Shown here piece by piece: positions 40,798 to 42,536 of a DNA stretch of 42,536 nt. Source of the DNA: an uncultured archaeon. GTDB lineage: Archaea > Thermoproteota > Bathyarchaeia > Bathyarchaeales > Bathycorpusculaceae. The translations under genes and the position numbers were made by a program. The notes beneath the pieces are model-generated. The model saw only the letters and a list, made by a program, of their open reading frames with translations. It did not search any database and was not told where the DNA came from. Numbering within the stretch: position 1 is the first letter of the stretch; each line of letters begins with the position of its first letter. The stretch is taken from positions 1 through 42,536 of the forward strand of contig CAWALK010000003.1 in the NCBI GenBank assembly GCA_963782915.1. The letters run 5' to 3'.

Positions 40798-40884
40798 AAA
40801 GGGTCACGGTTTTGTTTGGTTGAGGCGGGCTTTTGATATAATGTTTACGGCGCTCTTCTAACCAATTGCAAGGTGCCCCAACTA

Positions 40885-41430
40885 TTACATATGAATAGAC
40901 TTCGTTTGTTTCTTTGCTAAAATCAAGGTAGCTGTACCCGCAGCAATAATTAATGCAACCACTGTTAGTACCGCTGGAAATTCGGGGACGCTAGGTGACG
41001 GTGATGCAGTGGTTCCCTCGATTGTTATAGTATAGCTCTGTATGTTGGCAGCGCCTATTTTTAGGTAGTAATCACCACCTTGCCCTTCATGCACGTAGGT
41101 GACGCCGCTTGTGGTGATATCAGCCGTTTCCATAAGACTCGCTGCAAAAATTGTTGTTTCACCTTTAGGATAAGCAAAGAATGAAAAAACAGCTAACGAG
41201 GGGTAAGACGGGTTGGGAACGTAGCTCCAAGATATTCGCCACTCGCCAGTTGGTACATAAAAGTAATCTGTTGTCTGGTCACTTGACCCTGTTATTGTTT
41301 TAATTTGTTGATAAGACTGCGCTTCAACCAATGTAGATAAGGATGCCAAAATAATTACCAAAGTTACAATTAACGTAACCGAAATTATCGCTTTCTTTAC
41401 TAAAATGACACCCCTTTCAAAAATACGCAC
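40885..41430 (-). CDS. Secreted protein with a PEF-type C-terminal sorting signal
   Basis: Signal peptide KKAIISVTLIV...VEA; C-terminal SPSPSVPEFP followed by a TM and a basic tail. Start uncertain (41454, 41430 or ~41406). Confidence 0.7.
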   Translation of the reverse strand: MRIFERGVILVKKAIISVTLIVTLVIILASLSTLVEAQSYQQIKTITGSSDQTTDYFYVPTGEWRISWSYVPNPSYPSLAVFSFFAYPKGETTIFAASLMETADITTSGVTYVHEGQGGDYYLKIGAANIQSYTITIEGTTASPSPSVPEFPAVLTVVALIIAAGTATLILAKKQTKSIHM

Positions 41431-41610
41431 AAGAAAAACCTCAAAATAGAACAACCCAAAGCATCATAAAAAATTGCTGGCAAGCCCAATAATGACCTTC
41501 AACGAGGTAAACAAAAAAGTGGTGCTTGTAGCAAAAGGTGTCCAAAAAACTTGTTACTGCTTACACCTATCAGTCATTATTCACAGTGCAAATGAAGAAT
41601 TCTCCTTCAA

Positions 41611-41627
41611 ATAGGGGGAGGGGAGGT
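41611..41627 (-). repeat. Second copy of the ACCTCCCCTCCCCCTAT motif
   Basis: Exact reverse complement of 1995-2011. Confidence 0.55.
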
Positions 41628-41711
41628 CACTGAGAGCAACAAACGCTTTCCTACAAAAGAGCACGTTTAATATAACAAAACCATTTCTTGTTTTAGACTT
41701 GAAGGGCTAAT

Positions 41712-42500
41712 ATGGATTGGATTCTGCTCCTGCTTGGCTTCTTAATCGCTGTTTTTGCAGCGATAACTGGTGTAGGCGGCGGAGTCTTATTCGTTCCATT
41801 ATTGACTTTGGGTTATGGGTTTTTGCCTGCACAGGCGATAGGTACAAGTTTGATGGTTATGGTTTTCGGCGGGTTCGGTGCAACTATCGGTTATGCTTTT
41901 CAAAAGAGGGTTTATTTTAGGGCAGGGCTTTTGCTTGCGTTGGCTACAGCGCCCGGAGCGGTATTGGGGGCTTATTTGACTGCGATTTTGCCGAGTACTG
42001 TTTTAGGGGTTGCTTTCGGAGTTTTTATGGTACTATTGGCGGCGCGGATGATTTTTGCAAATCGAGCCAAAGCAAGGGATACTGCGAAGTCGCCGATGGT
42101 AACGTGTGAAGCGGACTGTTTTAGGAACAAAAAACGGTTACTGCTAGGGTTTACGTTAGCCTTTTTCGCCGGCATATTATCTGGCTTGCTGGGCATCGGC
42201 GGCGGGGTTATGCTTGTGCCGATACTGCTGCTGGTTATGGTTGTACCTATGCATATTGCGGTCGGTACATCGATGTTTCTGGTGGCGTTAACGTCTCTCT
42301 CAGGGGCTTTTCAGCATTTTACATTGGGTAATGTTGATTTGCAATTTGGGGTTTTGCTCTCTGTGGGAGCGTTTGTTGGCGCAATAGTCGGCGCTTGGAT
42401 AAGCAAGCGGCTTTCTGCTAAGAGGGTTCAGCTTGTGTTTGCTTTGGCGTTGATTGCGGTTGGTTTTGAGATGATACTGAAATATTTAGGGTTCTTTTAA
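41712..42500 (+). CDS. TauE/SafE family sulfite exporter
   Basis: Duplicated G.GGG...VP motifs (TGVGGGVLFVP; GIGGGVMLVP), A.GTS in both halves, ~8 TM segments. Confidence 0.92.
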   Translation: MDWILLLLGFLIAVFAAITGVGGGVLFVPLLTLGYGFLPAQAIGTSLMVMVFGGFGATIGYAFQKRVYFRAGLLLALATAPGAVLGAYLTAILPSTVLGVAFGVFMVLLAARMIFANRAKARDTAKSPMVTCEADCFRNKKRLLLGFTLAFFAGILSGLLGIGGGVMLVPILLLVMVVPMHIAVGTSMFLVALTSLSGAFQHFTLGNVDLQFGVLLSVGAFVGAIVGAWISKRLSAKRVQLVFALALIAVGFEMILKYLGFF

Positions 42501-42536
42501 GCCCTCCTCAACTCCACAGTCAGTTGTCATTAAAGT

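Overview
Archaeal chromosomal segment, most consistent with a TACK lineage such as Bathyarchaeia. This is inferred from the archaeosine tgtA, SmAP3-type Lsm, separate catalytic and structural tRNA-splicing endonuclease subunits, archaeal TIM and NosD/Ig-type surface proteins. Housekeeping genes include tgtA, PAC2, Lsm, endA alpha and beta, glyS, tpiA, rnhB and mtnA. Carbohydrate genes include a GlgC-like nucleotidyltransferase, GalT, a glycogen debranching enzyme and two GT39-type glycosyltransferases. There is also an arylsulfatase plus anSME pair and a TrmB-CBS regulator. Two AT-richer accessory stretches are present: ~6.6-12.5 kb, which starts with an integrase remnant, and ~17.6-20.6 kb, which is mostly decayed. 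Many genes, including essential glyS, carry single frameshifts, which points to uncorrected long-read errors rather than true pseudogenes. The most notable unexplained items are: (1) a ~240-nt, promoter-equipped, multi-stem ncRNA candidate on the minus strand at ~2890-3130 that lacks RNase P and SRP signatures; (2) a receptor-like protein with an extracellular 6x CxxCxGxG module, a TM helix and a cytoplasmic Mrr-like nuclease domain; (3) a PepSY-like domain / TM hairpin / caspase-fold peptidase / PKD / PEGA polyprotein; (4) a GTCAA-N6-TTGAC operator exactly 8 bp upstream of the TATA box of three surface-protein genes. No CRISPR array, rRNA or intact tRNA was seen. All assignments are by eye; no database searches were run.
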